Assembly: GCA_035285125.1 (NCBI GenBank)
Contig: JAYKHR010000011.1
Span: 1 to 64,000 of the forward strand
Reading direction: 5' to 3'
DNA length: 64,000 nucleotides
Source of the DNA: Candidatus Sericytochromatia bacterium
Lineage (GTDB): Bacteria; Cyanobacteriota; Sericytochromatia; S15B-MN24; JAQBPE01
Numbering within the stretch: position 1 is the first letter of the stretch; each line of letters begins with the position of its first letter. Below the pieces are notes generated by a model. It was not told the DNA's origin and did no database searches. It worked only from the letters and a program-made list of their open reading frames with translations. The translations under genes were made by a program, and so were the position numbers. Shown here in pieces: positions 62,963 through 64,000 of this stretch.

Positions 62963-64000
62963 CTACCGCCGGCCGAACGGGGTCTCGTAGATCCGGATGG
63001 CGTACGCGGGGCCGCCGTAGGTTGCGACGAGGCCGCAGTCGCGGCGCAGCCAGGCGGCCAGGTTCGGCATGTAGGCGACGCCGAACGGGTGGGAGCCCTC
63101 CCGGTAGGTCGAGAAGACGACGAAGCGGACGCCGGCGCGGCCGAGCCGGGCGATGAAGTCGCGCTCCTCGGCGGCCGTCGTGAGGTAGCCGTAGAACAGC
63201 TGGTCCTCCTTGACCGGGTTGTCCTGGCCCAGCATCAGGTAGAAGCTGGCCTCCATCGGGCCTGCCACCACGCGCTCGCCGGGGCGCAGCTCGCGACGCA
63301 GGTGGGCCAGCGTGGCGGCGAACGGCTCGGCAATCGCCACGGGGTTCCACACCCCGCCAGCGGGCCCCTCCACCCACCGGTGAGGCCCGCTGTAGGTCCG
63401 CCACACGTCCAGCCCATGGCGGGCCACCAGGCCAGCCAGGAGGGCGCCGAGCAAGGCCCCCCGCAGCCGTGAGGGCCCCTCGGCGGAGAGCAGCCTCGGC
63501 AGCCAGCGCGTCGCCAGCGCCACCCACAGGATCAGGGCGACGGGGGCCTGGTAAGGCGTGTAGTCGTTGAGCCCGTGCCCCAGCGTCCGGGCGGCCACCA
63601 GCAAGCTGTAGCCTGCGATCAGCGCCCACGCCCGGTGGCGTCCGGCGGCGTCGCGGCCGCGGGTGAGCTCGCCCCAGGCCACCAGGGCCACACAGGCGGC
63701 CAGCAGGAACGAGGGCGACATCCACGTCCGGTGTCCCACCGCCAGGACGTGCTCCAGCCTGGCCGGCGACACCGTCACGAGCCAGGCGCCCAGCGCCACC
63801 AGGCCCCACAGCAGCGCCGGCAGCCTCCAGGCTCCCTGCTGCTGCAGGCTGCCACGTGTGCTTCGGGCGATCGCCAGCAGCACCACGAGGGCCATCGAGA
63901 GCCACGCCATGTTGGCCCGCCAGGTGGCGGGGGTCCCCCTCCAGCGATCGCCTGAGCTCCAGAGGGCCATCAGCCGCGTGGGCCAGATGCTCTCCAGCAC
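62963..64000 (-). CDS. polytopic membrane protein (possibly GT-C glycosyltransferase-like), 5' partial
   Basis: Multiple TM segments followed by a soluble domain (LRPGERVVAGP...FYLM). The frame is open to the window edge. Confidence 0.55.
   Translation of the reverse strand: MLESIWPTRLMALWSSGDRWRGTPATWRANMAWLSMALVVLLAIARSTRGSLQQQGAWRLPALLWGLVALGAWLVTVSPARLEHVLAVGHRTWMSPSFLLAACVALVAWGELTRGRDAAGRHRAWALIAGYSLLVAARTLGHGLNDYTPYQAPVALILWVALATRWLPRLLSAEGPSRLRGALLGALLAGLVARHGLDVWRTYSGPHRWVEGPAGGVWNPVAIAEPFAATLAHLRRELRPGERVVAGPMEASFYLMLGQDNPVKEDQLFYGYLTTAAEERDFIARLGRAGVRFVVFSTYREGSHPFGVAYMPNLAAWLRRDCGLVATYGGPAYAIRIYETPFGRR

Overview
Very GC-rich bacterial chromosomal window (roughly 70-75% GC by eye) with about 52 credible protein genes and one tRNA-Ser(TGA). 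I found no CRISPR array, integrase or transposase. Recognisable genes include larE-larB-larC, a DUF151 nuclease, a cyclodeaminase/cyclohydrolase, an ABC exporter, an orphan ParB, a PhoX-like phosphatase, a histidine kinase, an Sfp-type PPTase, alkB, SNF2+SWIM, UvrD/PcrA, rocD, mutM and a GH1. They are interspersed with many Pro-rich lipoproteins. That style is reminiscent of Ca. Sericytochromatia, but this is an unverified impression. The standout is a compact, divergently transcribed lipid-oxidation (oxylipin-like) locus at 7646-14493. The minus strand carries patatin phospholipase -> membrane protein with three HxG repeats -> lipoxygenase 1 (Gly at the stereo-determinant site) -> NTF2/SnoaL-like protein. 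The plus strand carries lipoxygenase 2, fused to an SRPBCC/polyketide-cyclase domain and a C2 domain (Ala at that site). Other notable items are repeated 'echo' duplications of gene 3' ends (three with 68-69 bp spacing), a palindromic element inserted in frame in larC with a free intergenic copy, sigma28-like promoters and 11-bp-phased TTAA boxes upstream of lipoprotein genes, a kelch/NHL/S8 lipoprotein cluster and a pseudokinase-ATPase-TPR protein. All family calls come from motif recognition by eye; no database search was run.
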